A stretch of 64,000 bases of DNA from Actinomycetota bacterium (GTDB lineage: Bacteria; Actinomycetota; Acidimicrobiia; Acidimicrobiales; Ilumatobacteraceae), in the NCBI GenBank assembly GCA_017856115.1, contig JAFMFM010000001.1, positions 44,961 through 108,960 on the forward strand, read 5' to 3'. Each line of letters opens with the position of its first letter. Positions within the stretch are counted from its first letter, which is position 1. Positions 9,584-18,399 of the stretch are shown piece after piece. The position numbers and the translations under genes are program-made. The notes beneath the pieces were generated by a model, which saw only the letters and a program-made list of their open reading frames with translations, made no database searches and was not told where the DNA came from.

Positions 9584-10558
9584 GTGCTGCGTTTCGTCCT
9601 GCGCCGTCTCGCCTGGGCGGTGCCGACCTTGTTCCTGGTGACGTTCCTCGTGTACGTGGCCCTGCGAATCGGTACGAATCCCGTCGAGAGCTACAAGCGC
9701 ATCAATCCTCGTGCCACGCCGGCCAAGATTCAGCAATACATCGAAGTGAATGGTCTGGATCCCAACTACGTGCGCGGATACTTCCGGTGGTTGGCCAATT
9801 TCGTCACGTTGGACTGGCCGCGCAGCATAAAGGGTTCGCGAGAGGTGTGGCCGCAGCTGAAGGATGCGCTCGCCAACACGCTACGACTGGGCGCCGCGGC
9901 GAGCACGGTGGGTATCTTCTTCGGGCTGATGCTGGGTATCTATGCGGCACTGCGCCCGGGTGGAAGGCGAGACGTGGGTGTGAACACGGCCGCCTTCGTC
10001 GGTATCTCGATCCCGCCGTACGTCTCGGCGATTCTCCTGCAGTTGGTCTTTGCCGTGTACTGGAGCCGGTGGTTCGGAGCCACCTTGTTTCCAACTTCCG
10101 GTGTCTATCCCCCCGGTCATACGGGTTTCAACTTGTTCTTGATGATGAAGCACATGGTGCTTCCGGTCACGGTCGTGGCGATCCAAATCATCGCGGTGTA
10201 TGCCAGGTACATGCGTTCATCGTTGTTGGACGTACTGAGCAGTGAATACATGCGAACAGCACGTTCGAAGGGGATCAGCGAGAGGAGGGTGTTGTTCAAA
10301 CACGGCTTGCGCAATGCGCTCATTCCCGTGGTGACCATCGCCGCGCTGGACGTGGGTTCGATCGTCGGTGGCCTGATCATTACCGAGAACATCTTCAGCT
10401 ATCCGGGGATGGGCAAGTACTTCCTCAGCTCGTTCGGCGAGGGCGACTTTCCCTTGCTGATGCCGTGGATGGTCATCATCGTGGCGTCAGTCCTGCTCTT
10501 CAACCTGTTGGCAGACGTCTCCTATGCCTGGCTCGACCCGAGGATTCGACTTGAGTAA
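9584..10558 (+). CDS. ABC transporter permease (DppB/OppB-like)
   Basis: GTG start. Multi-pass membrane protein with the binding-protein-dependent transporter loop (MRTARSKGISERRVLFKHGLRNALIPV). Confidence 0.9.
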   Translation: MLRFVLRRLAWAVPTLFLVTFLVYVALRIGTNPVESYKRINPRATPAKIQQYIEVNGLDPNYVRGYFRWLANFVTLDWPRSIKGSREVWPQLKDALANTLRLGAAASTVGIFFGLMLGIYAALRPGGRRDVGVNTAAFVGISIPPYVSAILLQLVFAVYWSRWFGATLFPTSGVYPPGHTGFNLFLMMKHMVLPVTVVAIQIIAVYARYMRSSLLDVLSSEYMRTARSKGISERRVLFKHGLRNALIPVVTIAALDVGSIVGGLIITENIFSYPGMGKYFLSSFGEGDFPLLMPWMVIIVASVLLFNLLADVSYAWLDPRIRLE

Positions 10559-11501
10559 CGACACGACATCGACCATGGCTGTGGTGGACACCGTTTTGCC
10601 CACCGTTTCGCCGCGTCGTATGGCGTTCAATCGATTCGTCAGCCACAAGGCGGCAGTGGTGAGCGTGTTCATCCTGGCGACCCTGGTGTTGTTCGTGGCG
10701 TTGTCGCCATTCACCGCACGGTACGGGGTGAACGAGGCGGTGCAAGCCCCACCCAACTACTTCTTGTCGCCGCGCGCGAATGCGTGGTTGGGAACCGATG
10801 ACATCGGTCGCGATCTGTACAGCCGACTCATCTACGGGGTTCGTGTATCCCTCATCATCGGGTTGTTTTCGGCGATGATCTCCGTCGCCATCGGCTGTCT
10901 CGTCGGCTCCGTCGCCGGCTTCCGCGGCGGTCGATTCGACGATGTCGTCATGCGTGTAACCGACCTGTTCCTCGCGTTCCCATTCCTGGTCACACTGCTG
11001 GTGATGCGCAACATGCTCGGGGCCATCACCTGGCTCACTCCGGTGATCGGCGAATTGTCGTCGGTGCGATTCATCATCGTGCTGTTTGCGATCTTTGGCT
11101 GGATGGGCGTTGCTCGCATCGTTCGTGGTCAGGTGTTGGCATTGAAGGAGCGCGAGTTCATCGAAGCCGCGCGAGCGGTTGGTGCGTCGCGGTGGTACAT
11201 CGTTCGGCGACACCTGTTGCCCAACTCCATCGGGCCGATCATGGTGGCGCTCACCTTCTCCGTGGTGTCGGCGATCATCGGGGAATCAACGCTTGCCTTC
11301 TTCGGCTACGGACCACAGGCGGGCGCCGGTGCGACGTCGTTGGGAATCCTCGTCGGTCAGGCCAAGGGCGCCGTGAACACCGGCTTCTGGTGGCTGGCAT
11401 TGTTTCCCTGTCTCACATTGGTAACGATTGCGCTGACCATCAACTTCATCGGTGACGCACTTCGCGATGCAACGGATCCACGCATGCAAAAGGACGCCTG
11501 A
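10524..11501 (+). CDS. ABC transporter permease (DppC/OppC-like)
   Basis: Membrane protein with an EAA-type loop (EAARAVGASRWYIVRRHLLPNSIGPIMV). The start is uncertain: 10524 overlaps the upstream gene, and ATG 10575 is an alternative. Confidence 0.88.
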   Translation: MPGSTRGFDLSNDTTSTMAVVDTVLPTVSPRRMAFNRFVSHKAAVVSVFILATLVLFVALSPFTARYGVNEAVQAPPNYFLSPRANAWLGTDDIGRDLYSRLIYGVRVSLIIGLFSAMISVAIGCLVGSVAGFRGGRFDDVVMRVTDLFLAFPFLVTLLVMRNMLGAITWLTPVIGELSSVRFIIVLFAIFGWMGVARIVRGQVLALKEREFIEAARAVGASRWYIVRRHLLPNSIGPIMVALTFSVVSAIIGESTLAFFGYGPQAGAGATSLGILVGQAKGAVNTGFWWLALFPCLTLVTIALTINFIGDALRDATDPRMQKDA

Positions 11502-12469
11502 TGACCACGCCCGTCCTGCAAATTCGGGATTTGAAGGTTACGTTCACCACGCCCCTCGGACCCCTCGTTGCGGTTCGTGGTATCGACCTCGACGTTCATC
11601 CGGGAGAGATGACTGCGGTAGTGGGGGAGTCTGGTTCGGGCAAGTCGGTGACGTTCTTGGCGGCGATGGGACTGTTGCCGCGCACCGCAACCGTCGAGGG
11701 ATCGGTGATGTTGGATGGTCACCAGCTGGTGGGGGCAAGTCCGAAGTTGCTCCGGTCGATCCGTGGCCGCCTGCTTTCGATGATCTTTCAGGATCCGCTC
11801 TCGGCATTGAATCCGGTGCATCGAATCGGTGCACAGATATCGGAGATGCTTCGGGCGCACTCATCGATGAGCGAACGTGCCGCACGTATCCGTGCCGTGG
11901 AATTGTTGGAGATCGTCGGGATTCCGCAGCCCGGAGATCGAGCACTTCAATATCCCCACGAGTTCTCCGGCGGTATGCGTCAGCGAGTGGTAATCGCCAT
12001 GGCGATTGCGAACAGCCCGAAGGTGTTGATCGCCGACGAGCCGACAACGGCGCTCGACGTGACGGTGCAAGCACAGATTCTCGAGGTGATTCAGCGTGTG
12101 CAGGCCCAATTCGGTACCGCCGTCGTTCTCATCACCCATGACTTGGGTGTGGTGGCGCGAGTATGCGAGCGGGTGAACGTGATGTATGCCGGACGTGTGG
12201 TGGAACGGGCCGACATCGGCACCATCTTCGACGAGCCCACGCACCCCTACACGCGTGGACTGCTCGCCTCGCTACCGCAGGCGGGCGTGGATCGTTTGGT
12301 CCCGATCGCCGGATTTCCGCCCAACATGTTGAACCCGCCGACGGGCTGTGCATTTCGCACCCGGTGCGAACACGCGATGGACGAATGTAGCCAGCGGCTT
12401 CCCGAACTCGAGCAACTGGGTTCTTCCATGACGGCCTGCATCCGCGCAAAGGAATTGGTGGGACGATGA
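11501..12469 (+). CDS. ABC transporter ATP-binding protein (DppD/OppD-like)
   Basis: Walker A GESGSGKS, signature FSGGMRQR, Walker [12 protein letters not shown], and a C-terminal oligopeptide-type extension (GCAFRTRC). The start overlaps the permease stop by 1 nt. Confidence 0.93.
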   Translation: MTTPVLQIRDLKVTFTTPLGPLVAVRGIDLDVHPGEMTAVVGESGSGKSVTFLAAMGLLPRTATVEGSVMLDGHQLVGASPKLLRSIRGRLLSMIFQDPLSALNPVHRIGAQISEMLRAHSSMSERAARIRAVELLEIVGIPQPGDRALQYPHEFSGGMRQRVVIAMAIANSPKVLIADEPTTALDVTVQAQILEVIQRVQAQFGTAVVLITHDLGVVARVCERVNVMYAGRVVERADIGTIFDEPTHPYTRGLLASLPQAGVDRLVPIAGFPPNMLNPPTGCAFRTRCEHAMDECSQRLPELEQLGSSMTACIRAKELVGR

Positions 12470-13440
12470 CGGATTCCCTTCTCCACGTGCACGGCCTCGT
12501 CAAGGAGTTCCACTTGAAGCCTGCACGTGGCGCCGGCTGGAAGAAGCGCATCGTGCAGGCGGTGAGTGGCGTGTCCTTCGACGTGGCCCGGGGTGAGACC
12601 CTGGGCTTGGTGGGCGAGAGTGGTTCGGGGAAGACCACCGTCGGGCGCTGTGTGCTGCGATTGCTCGAACCAACTGCTGGTCAAGTGTCGTTCGATGGAG
12701 TTGATCTGGCAACGCTGAGTTTCGATGAGTTGCGCGAAGTGCGGCGGCGAATGCAGATCGTGTTCCAGGATCCCTATGCGTCACTCGACCCCAAGATGAC
12801 GGTCGGTGCGTCGATCGCCGAGCCCCTCGTGGTGCAGGGCATCGGTGGAGATCACCAGGAAAAGGTGGTGAGCCTCCTCGAATTGGTAGGTCTCTCGGCC
12901 GACCATGCCCGTCGATTCCCGCACGAGTTCTCCGGCGGGCAAAGGCAGCGCATCGGTGTGGCCCGCGCACTCGCACTCGATCCGGCGCTCATCGTGTTGG
13001 ACGAGCCGGTATCAGCCCTTGACGTCAGCATTCAGGCGGGCGTGGTGAATCTGTTCGACGACCTCCAGCAGCGCCTGGGGATGTCATACATCTTCATTGC
13101 CCACGACCTCTCAGTCGTTCGCCACATCGCCGATCGTGTGGCGGTCATGTACCTCGGCAAGATCATGGAAATCGGCCCCGCCGAACAGGTGTATGAGCAC
13201 CCGACGCACCCGTACACCAAGGCGTTGCTCTCTGCCGTACCGCTGCCGAACCCACGTGTCGAACGCGGTCGGAGCCGCATCATGCTGGAAGGAGACGTGC
13301 CCTCACCGGTGAATCCGCCATCGGGATGCCGCTTCCGCACGCGATGCTGGAAGGCCACCGAGCTGTGTTCGATGCAGGAGCCGGAATTGCAGATGCGTGC
13401 CGATGGGCAATCGTCGGCGTGTCATCACCCCGAGGGATGA
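12466..13440 (+). CDS. ABC transporter ATP-binding protein (DppF/OppF-like)
   Basis: Walker A GESGSGKT, signature FSGGQRQR, Walker [13 protein letters not shown]-terminal GCRFRTRC. 4-nt overlap with the preceding ATPase gene. Confidence 0.93.
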   Translation: MTDSLLHVHGLVKEFHLKPARGAGWKKRIVQAVSGVSFDVARGETLGLVGESGSGKTTVGRCVLRLLEPTAGQVSFDGVDLATLSFDELREVRRRMQIVFQDPYASLDPKMTVGASIAEPLVVQGIGGDHQEKVVSLLELVGLSADHARRFPHEFSGGQRQRIGVARALALDPALIVLDEPVSALDVSIQAGVVNLFDDLQQRLGMSYIFIAHDLSVVRHIADRVAVMYLGKIMEIGPAEQVYEHPTHPYTKALLSAVPLPNPRVERGRSRIMLEGDVPSPVNPPSGCRFRTRCWKATELCSMQEPELQMRADGQSSACHHPEG

Positions 13441-13465
13441 GGGCGCACCTCGGTAGACTGACACG

Positions 13466-13705
13466 GTGCGTTCGGCCATCACTTTCATCACCGTCATCGT
13501 CAACGTGCTCTCCATGATCGGAATGATCGTTGGAGTCTTGCTGCACAGTGGTCGCGGCGGCGGTTTGTCCGACATGTTCGGAGGCGGGGGAGCAGCCGCA
13601 CTGGGTTCGGCCGCCGCCGAACGCAACTTGAACCGAATCACCACCGTGTTGGCCCTGGTATGGATCCTGACGGTGACCGCACTCGGCATCCTGTTGTCGG
13701 CCTAG
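13466..13705 (+). CDS. secG: Preprotein translocase subunit SecG
   Basis: 79 aa with two hydrophobic helices flanking a Gly-rich loop (HSGRGGGLSDMFGGGG), as in SecG. Its position relative to gap-pgk-tpiA matches the usual actinobacterial arrangement. Confidence 0.85.
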   Translation: MRSAITFITVIVNVLSMIGMIVGVLLHSGRGGGLSDMFGGGGAAALGSAAAERNLNRITTVLALVWILTVTALGILLSA

Positions 13706-13813
13706 CGCCGGTCGTTCCACGTTTTCGACGCTGGTGCAGTGCGTTCGACGTTCAGGTTCGAACGTCCGGCATGTGGGTGGAGAAACGACGATAGTTTGGG
13801 GGACGCAGTCCAC

Positions 13814-13900
13814 GTCGAAGTGGCGAAATTGGCAGACGCACCAGCTTGAGGGGCTGGCGCTCGAAAGGGCGTGGGGGTTCAAGTCCCCCCTTCGACACCA
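13814..13900 (+). tRNA. tRNA-Leu (anticodon GAG), long variable arm, CCA encoded
   Basis: Cloverleaf folded by hand. Acceptor GTCGAAG/CTTCGAC. Anticodon stem CCAGC/GCTGG with loop TTGAGGG (anticodon GAG). Variable arm CGCTC-GAAA-GGGCG. T-arm GGGGG-TTCAAGT-CCCCC. Discriminator A followed by CCA at 13898-13900. Confidence 0.88.
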
Positions 13901-13942
13901 CATGATGCAAAACGCGTCATCCAACGGCGAGAATGGACGTTG

Positions 13943-15307
13943 ATGCGACGCACGAAAGTCATTGCAACCGTCGGGCCTGCGTCGTTGTCGCCACAAATCA
14001 TTGGTGCGCTCGTCGACGCCGGGGCGGACGTGCTGCGCCTCAATTGTTCGCATGTGGATACGGACGGGTTGCGGGAACGAATTCGATCCGTTCGGGCAGT
14101 TCGTCCGGAAGTGGCGATTCTGGTCGACATCCAAGGTCCGAAACTCCGGTATTCGGGGGAGCCACGGGTGTTCCAGGACGGGGACGTGTGCACCTTCACC
14201 TTCACCGAGCTCGGTTTGCCCGAGTCGCGTAGCCATGGCGACGGGGGCCTGCAAGCCGGACAACGCATCCTGCTGCACGACGGTCGTATCGAAACCGTGA
14301 TCGAGCAGGTGGCGGGTACCTGGCCGGACGGCAACGTGACGGTTCGTGTGCTGCACGGTGGCGCCCTGCAGACGAACAAGGGTGTGAACTTGCCCGATAC
14401 CGAGGTGATGGGCAGCGTGTTGTCCGACAAGGATCGTGCCGATCTCGAGGTCGCCAAGCGTGAACACGTGGAATTCGTCGGCGTATCGTTCGTGCAACGG
14501 CCGAGCGACATCGAAGAGGTTCGCAGTCTGCTGGGGCCGACCTGTCACGTCATCGCAAAGATCGAACGTCCCCAAGCGCTCGAGCGGATCGACGAGATCT
14601 GCCGTGTGAGCAACGGTGTGATGGCCGCCCGAGGAGACCTGGGCGTGGAACTGCCGTTTCAGGTCGTTCCAGCCGCCCAACACAAGATTGCCCGAACCGC
14701 ACTGCGTAACGGGGTGATTTCGATCTGCGCCACCGAGATGCTCGAGTCGATGACGACATCGTCGCGCGCCACACGGGCGGAGGTGGCCGACGTTGCGGGC
14801 GCAGTTCGCGATGGTTTCGATGCGGTGATGTTGTCGGGGGAGACCGCGGTCGGGGTGGATCCGGTGCGAGCCGTGGAAGTGATGTGCGCAATATGCGAGG
14901 CCGCGGAACGTGACGTGGTGCTACCGCCGATCTTTGCCGACGCGAACCCCTCGACGGCCGCCGTCACTGCCGCTGCGAGCTCCTTGGCGCGCCGCGTGGG
15001 TGCCGACGCGATGCTGTCCCTTACGTACACGGGACATTCCGTTCGGTTGCTGGCGGCGTGTCGCCCGGGCTCGGCCATCATTGCCGCAACGCCGAGTCTC
15101 GAGACGGCACGCAAATTGAGACTCGTTTGGGGGGTGCATGCAGTGGTGGCCGAACGCAATACCGACGTCGAGGTCGCGATCGGCGCGGGTTTGGCCGCGG
15201 CTAGGGATCGTGGAATGCTCCGGCACGGCGACAAGGTCGTGGTGTGCGCGTCTCGCCTCAGTTTGCGATCCGATGCCGACACCATCTGGCTCCACATAGA
15301 GCCGTAA
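13943..15307 (+). CDS. pyk: Pyruvate kinase
   Basis: RRTKVIATVGPAS N-terminus and the MLSGETAVG motif; ~455 aa. The ORF-track start 13871 overlaps the tRNA, so I trimmed to ATG 13943. Confidence 0.92.
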   Translation: MRRTKVIATVGPASLSPQIIGALVDAGADVLRLNCSHVDTDGLRERIRSVRAVRPEVAILVDIQGPKLRYSGEPRVFQDGDVCTFTFTELGLPESRSHGDGGLQAGQRILLHDGRIETVIEQVAGTWPDGNVTVRVLHGGALQTNKGVNLPDTEVMGSVLSDKDRADLEVAKREHVEFVGVSFVQRPSDIEEVRSLLGPTCHVIAKIERPQALERIDEICRVSNGVMAARGDLGVELPFQVVPAAQHKIARTALRNGVISICATEMLESMTTSSRATRAEVADVAGAVRDGFDAVMLSGETAVGVDPVRAVEVMCAICEAAERDVVLPPIFADANPSTAAVTAAASSLARRVGADAMLSLTYTGHSVRLLAACRPGSAIIAATPSLETARKLRLVWGVHAVVAERNTDVEVAIGAGLAAARDRGMLRHGDKVVVCASRLSLRSDADTIWLHIEP

Positions 15308-15316
15308 AGTACCTTC

Positions 15317-15895
15317 ATGGATTCTGCTCCTCCACACGTGCCTGATCGGGCGAGATTCCGATCCTTCCAAGAATCAACGAAGGATGACTGGTCGTTGATC
15401 ATGAGTCATATCGGAGATACCCAGGACATGGTCGCCGACAATGCGCTTCATCTCCTTCGTCGACTTGCCAGCGATCATGGCGGTTTCCCCGTCACCCGAC
15501 TGGAACACTCGCTGCAAACCGCAACTCGTGCGGAAGCCGATGGTCGGGACGAGGAGTACGTGCTCTGCGCATTGCTGCACGACATCGGTGACACGCTCGC
15601 ACCTTTCAACCACCCGTACATTGCGTCGACGATGGTGAAGCCCTTCGTGACCGAAGCCAACCACTTCATGGTGGCGCAGCACGGCATCTTCCAGGGCTAC
15701 TACTTTTGGCACCACATCGGAATGGATCGCAACGCCCGCGACGCGTTCAAGGACTCGCCGTACTACCACTACACGGAGGAGTTCTGTGCCAAGTACGACT
15801 CGCCGGCGTTCGACCCCGACTACGTCAGCGCCCCCCTCGAGCATTTCGAGCCGCTCGTTCGTCGCTTCTTCGCTGATCGTTCGAAAACGAAGTAA
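15317..15895 (+). CDS. HD-domain protein with an extended H..HD..H..H..D ligand pattern (PhnZ / myo-inositol-oxygenase-like diiron oxygenase candidate)
   Basis: Motifs LEHSLQ, LLHDIGD, FNHPY, AQHGIF and KYDSPAFD in the order expected for mixed-valent diiron HD oxygenases; 192 aa. The stop overlaps the next start (TAATG at 15893-15897). Confidence 0.75.
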   Translation: MDSAPPHVPDRARFRSFQESTKDDWSLIMSHIGDTQDMVADNALHLLRRLASDHGGFPVTRLEHSLQTATRAEADGRDEEYVLCALLHDIGDTLAPFNHPYIASTMVKPFVTEANHFMVAQHGIFQGYYFWHHIGMDRNARDAFKDSPYYHYTEEFCAKYDSPAFDPDYVSAPLEHFEPLVRRFFADRSKTK

Positions 15896-17184
15896 TGCCC
15901 ACGTGGCGTAACTGGGCGGGAAGCGTCCGGGTGCACCCGGAACGAATCGTCACACCGACGTCGATCGAGCATTTGCAGGAGGTGGTTCGCCTCGCTCCGG
16001 AGGGTCAACGGGTGCGTATGGTCGGAAGCGGACACAGTTTCACTCCGATTGCGGTTACGCACGACACGCTCCTGCGACCCGGAACGTTCGACGAGGGCAT
16101 CGGGATAGACGGCCACTCCGGGATCGCGCGAATTCCCGCCGGCATGGTACTGAGCGATGTGAACGAGCATCTCGCTACCGCTGGGTTCGCATTGACGAAC
16201 ATGGGTGACATCACGGCACAGACCATGGCCGGTTCAATCTCGACGTCCACGCACGGCACCGGTCTCCGATACACCGGTTTGGCAGGTCAAGTTGCCGGAT
16301 TCGGTCTGGTGACGGCCGACGGAACACACATCACATGTTCCGCCACCGAGAACGCGGATGTCTTCCGCCTTGGTCGGGTTGCCCTCGGGGCGTTCGGAAT
16401 CCTCACCTACGTGGATATGAAGGTCGTGCCGACCTTCCAACTGCGGGCAGTGGAGGAGCCGCGCCGCCTCGACGATGTTTTGGGCCACTTTGACACGACG
16501 GTGACGTCGGTGGATCACTTCGAGTTCTATTGGATTCCCCACACCAGGTGGGCACTCACCAAGACCAACCAGCGGACGCAGGATCCACCCGAGCCGAGGT
16601 CGCGTGCCTCGGTTTGGTGGAACAAAACGATCATGGAGAATTATGCCTTCGGGGCGGTGTGTGCTACCGGGCGCGCGTTCCCCTCGTTGATACCGCGACT
16701 CGCCACCGCGCTTCCCTCCACGGGTCGCCATGAATTCGTCGAGGAGAGCCATCGTGTCTTTGCCACGCGCCGTTTGGTCAAGTTCCATGAAATGGAATAC
16801 TCCATTCCGCGCGAGCGGTTGGTGGAGGCAATGACGCGGATCGTGGACGAGGTTGAGCGGTCGGATTTGAGGATCAGTTTTCCGGTGGAGGTGAGGGTTG
16901 CCGGAGCCGACGATGTACCACTTTCCACGTCGTACGGGCGTGAATCGGCGTACATCGCCGTGCATATGTACAAGGGCATGGTCTACGAGCCGTATTTCCG
17001 GATGATCGAGCGGATTCTCCTACCGTTGGAGGGTCGTCCGCACTGGGGAAAGATACACTTTCAAAGTGCCGAAACCCTGCAATCGCGCTACGAGCATTTC
17101 GACGCGTTTCGTGCCATGCGCCGGCAACTCGACCCGAGCGGAAAGTTCCTCAACCAGTACGTTGAGCGGGTGCTGGGATGCTGA
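15895..17184 (+). CDS. FAD-linked aldonolactone oxidase/dehydrogenase (L-gulono- / D-arabinono-1,4-lactone oxidase family)
   Basis: The N-terminal WAGS...VVTP...GSGHSFT region is typical of FAD_binding_4 enzymes. The C-terminal GRPHWGKIHF (HWGK) motif belongs to the ALO domain. 429 aa. Confidence 0.85.
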   Translation: MPTWRNWAGSVRVHPERIVTPTSIEHLQEVVRLAPEGQRVRMVGSGHSFTPIAVTHDTLLRPGTFDEGIGIDGHSGIARIPAGMVLSDVNEHLATAGFALTNMGDITAQTMAGSISTSTHGTGLRYTGLAGQVAGFGLVTADGTHITCSATENADVFRLGRVALGAFGILTYVDMKVVPTFQLRAVEEPRRLDDVLGHFDTTVTSVDHFEFYWIPHTRWALTKTNQRTQDPPEPRSRASVWWNKTIMENYAFGAVCATGRAFPSLIPRLATALPSTGRHEFVEESHRVFATRRLVKFHEMEYSIPRERLVEAMTRIVDEVERSDLRISFPVEVRVAGADDVPLSTSYGRESAYIAVHMYKGMVYEPYFRMIERILLPLEGRPHWGKIHFQSAETLQSRYEHFDAFRAMRRQLDPSGKFLNQYVERVLGC

Positions 17185-17253
17185 CCTCGTGTCGCTGCTG
17201 AATGCAGTATTCGTCTGAGCACCTTCGCCTCACTCGGTATCGCCGAGCAGCTC

Positions 17254-18396
17254 GTGACCGGAATGGGTCGACGCGGTATCACCGAGCCAACCGCCATTCA
17301 GACCATGACCGTTCCCGATGGTTTGGCGGGGCGGGACGTTTGCGGTAAGGCGCCGACCGGCTCGGGGAAAACCATCGCGTTCGGGCTGGTGTTGGTGTCG
17401 AGGCTGAGACGTGCAAAACCGTCGGCACCCACGGGTTTGGTACTCGTTCCCACGCGCGAGCTCGCATCCCAGGTATGTGCGGAGATCGATTTGCTCGATT
17501 CCGGGCGCACGTTGCGCGCCACCGCAGTATTCGGCGGCGCGGGTTACGGGCCCCAGGTACGACGGATTTCCTCCGCAAGCGTTGTGGTGGCCACGCCCGG
17601 ACGTTTGGAGGATTTGATCAGTCGCCGCGACATCGATCTGCGATCGGTACAAATCGCAGTGCTGGATGAAGCCGATCGGATGGCGGACATGGGATTCCTT
17701 CCGGCAGTCAAGAAGATTCTCGACCGCCTCCCGGCGACCCGACAGGTCTTGTTGTTTTCGGCAACCCTCGATGGGGCGGTATCGGAATTGATTACGCGTT
17801 ACCAGCGAAATCCGGCTCGCCATGACGCGAGTTCGCCCGAGACCGAGCCGGATATCGAGCACGTGTTCGAGTTGATTCCGAAGGACAGACGATTGCGGCG
17901 TATCGCCGAATTGCTGGACCAGCACGAGCAAATCATCGTGTTCTGTCGCACCAAGCACGGATCGGATCGCGTGGCCCGACAATTGGAGGCCGATGATGCA
18001 CGGTGTGCGGTCATCCACGGGAATCGCAGTCAGGCCCAGCGGGAACGAGCGCTCGACGATTTTCGTCGAGGTCGTGCTCGAATCCTCGTTGCCACGGACG
18101 TTGCGGCCAGGGGTATCCACATCGACGACGTGCCCTGCGTCGTGCATTGGGACCCACCCGACGACCCGAAGGACTACGTGCACCGCTCAGGGCGCACGGG
18201 TCGAGCCGGCGCACGGGGAGTGGTCGTTTCGTTCGTCGACCCTTCACAACGAAGATCCGTCATGCGCGACATGCGAAGCATCGGTATCGACGTGCACTTC
18301 GTCGACGGCAAGCCACCATCACGTGCCCGGCCGGGCGAACTCGGTTGGCTCGCAAGCCGGGTGCAACGACCCGTGGAGTTCTCCGGCAGCGAGTGA
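17254..18396 (+). CDS. DEAD-box ATP-dependent RNA helicase (5' boundary uncertain, see findings)
   Basis: Q-motif PTAIQ, Walker A APTGSGKT, VLDEADRM, SAT, ARGIH and HRSGRTGRAG. GTG 17254 is the first canonical start. The conserved Q-motif Phe (17224-17226) lies upstream of it in the same open frame. Confidence 0.88.
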   Translation: MTGMGRRGITEPTAIQTMTVPDGLAGRDVCGKAPTGSGKTIAFGLVLVSRLRRAKPSAPTGLVLVPTRELASQVCAEIDLLDSGRTLRATAVFGGAGYGPQVRRISSASVVVATPGRLEDLISRRDIDLRSVQIAVLDEADRMADMGFLPAVKKILDRLPATRQVLLFSATLDGAVSELITRYQRNPARHDASSPETEPDIEHVFELIPKDRRLRRIAELLDQHEQIIVFCRTKHGSDRVARQLEADDARCAVIHGNRSQAQRERALDDFRRGRARILVATDVAARGIHIDDVPCVVHWDPPDDPKDYVHRSGRTGRAGARGVVVSFVDPSQRRSVMRDMRSIGIDVHFVDGKPPSRARPGELGWLASRVQRPVEFSGSE

Positions 18397-18399
18397 GGC

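Noticed and set aside
13280-14683. A 467-aa minus-strand ORF spanning secG, the tRNA-Leu gene and the 5' part of pyk.
   Set aside because: It overlaps a tRNA and two well-supported plus-strand genes, and the translation has no family features. It is a shadow ORF.
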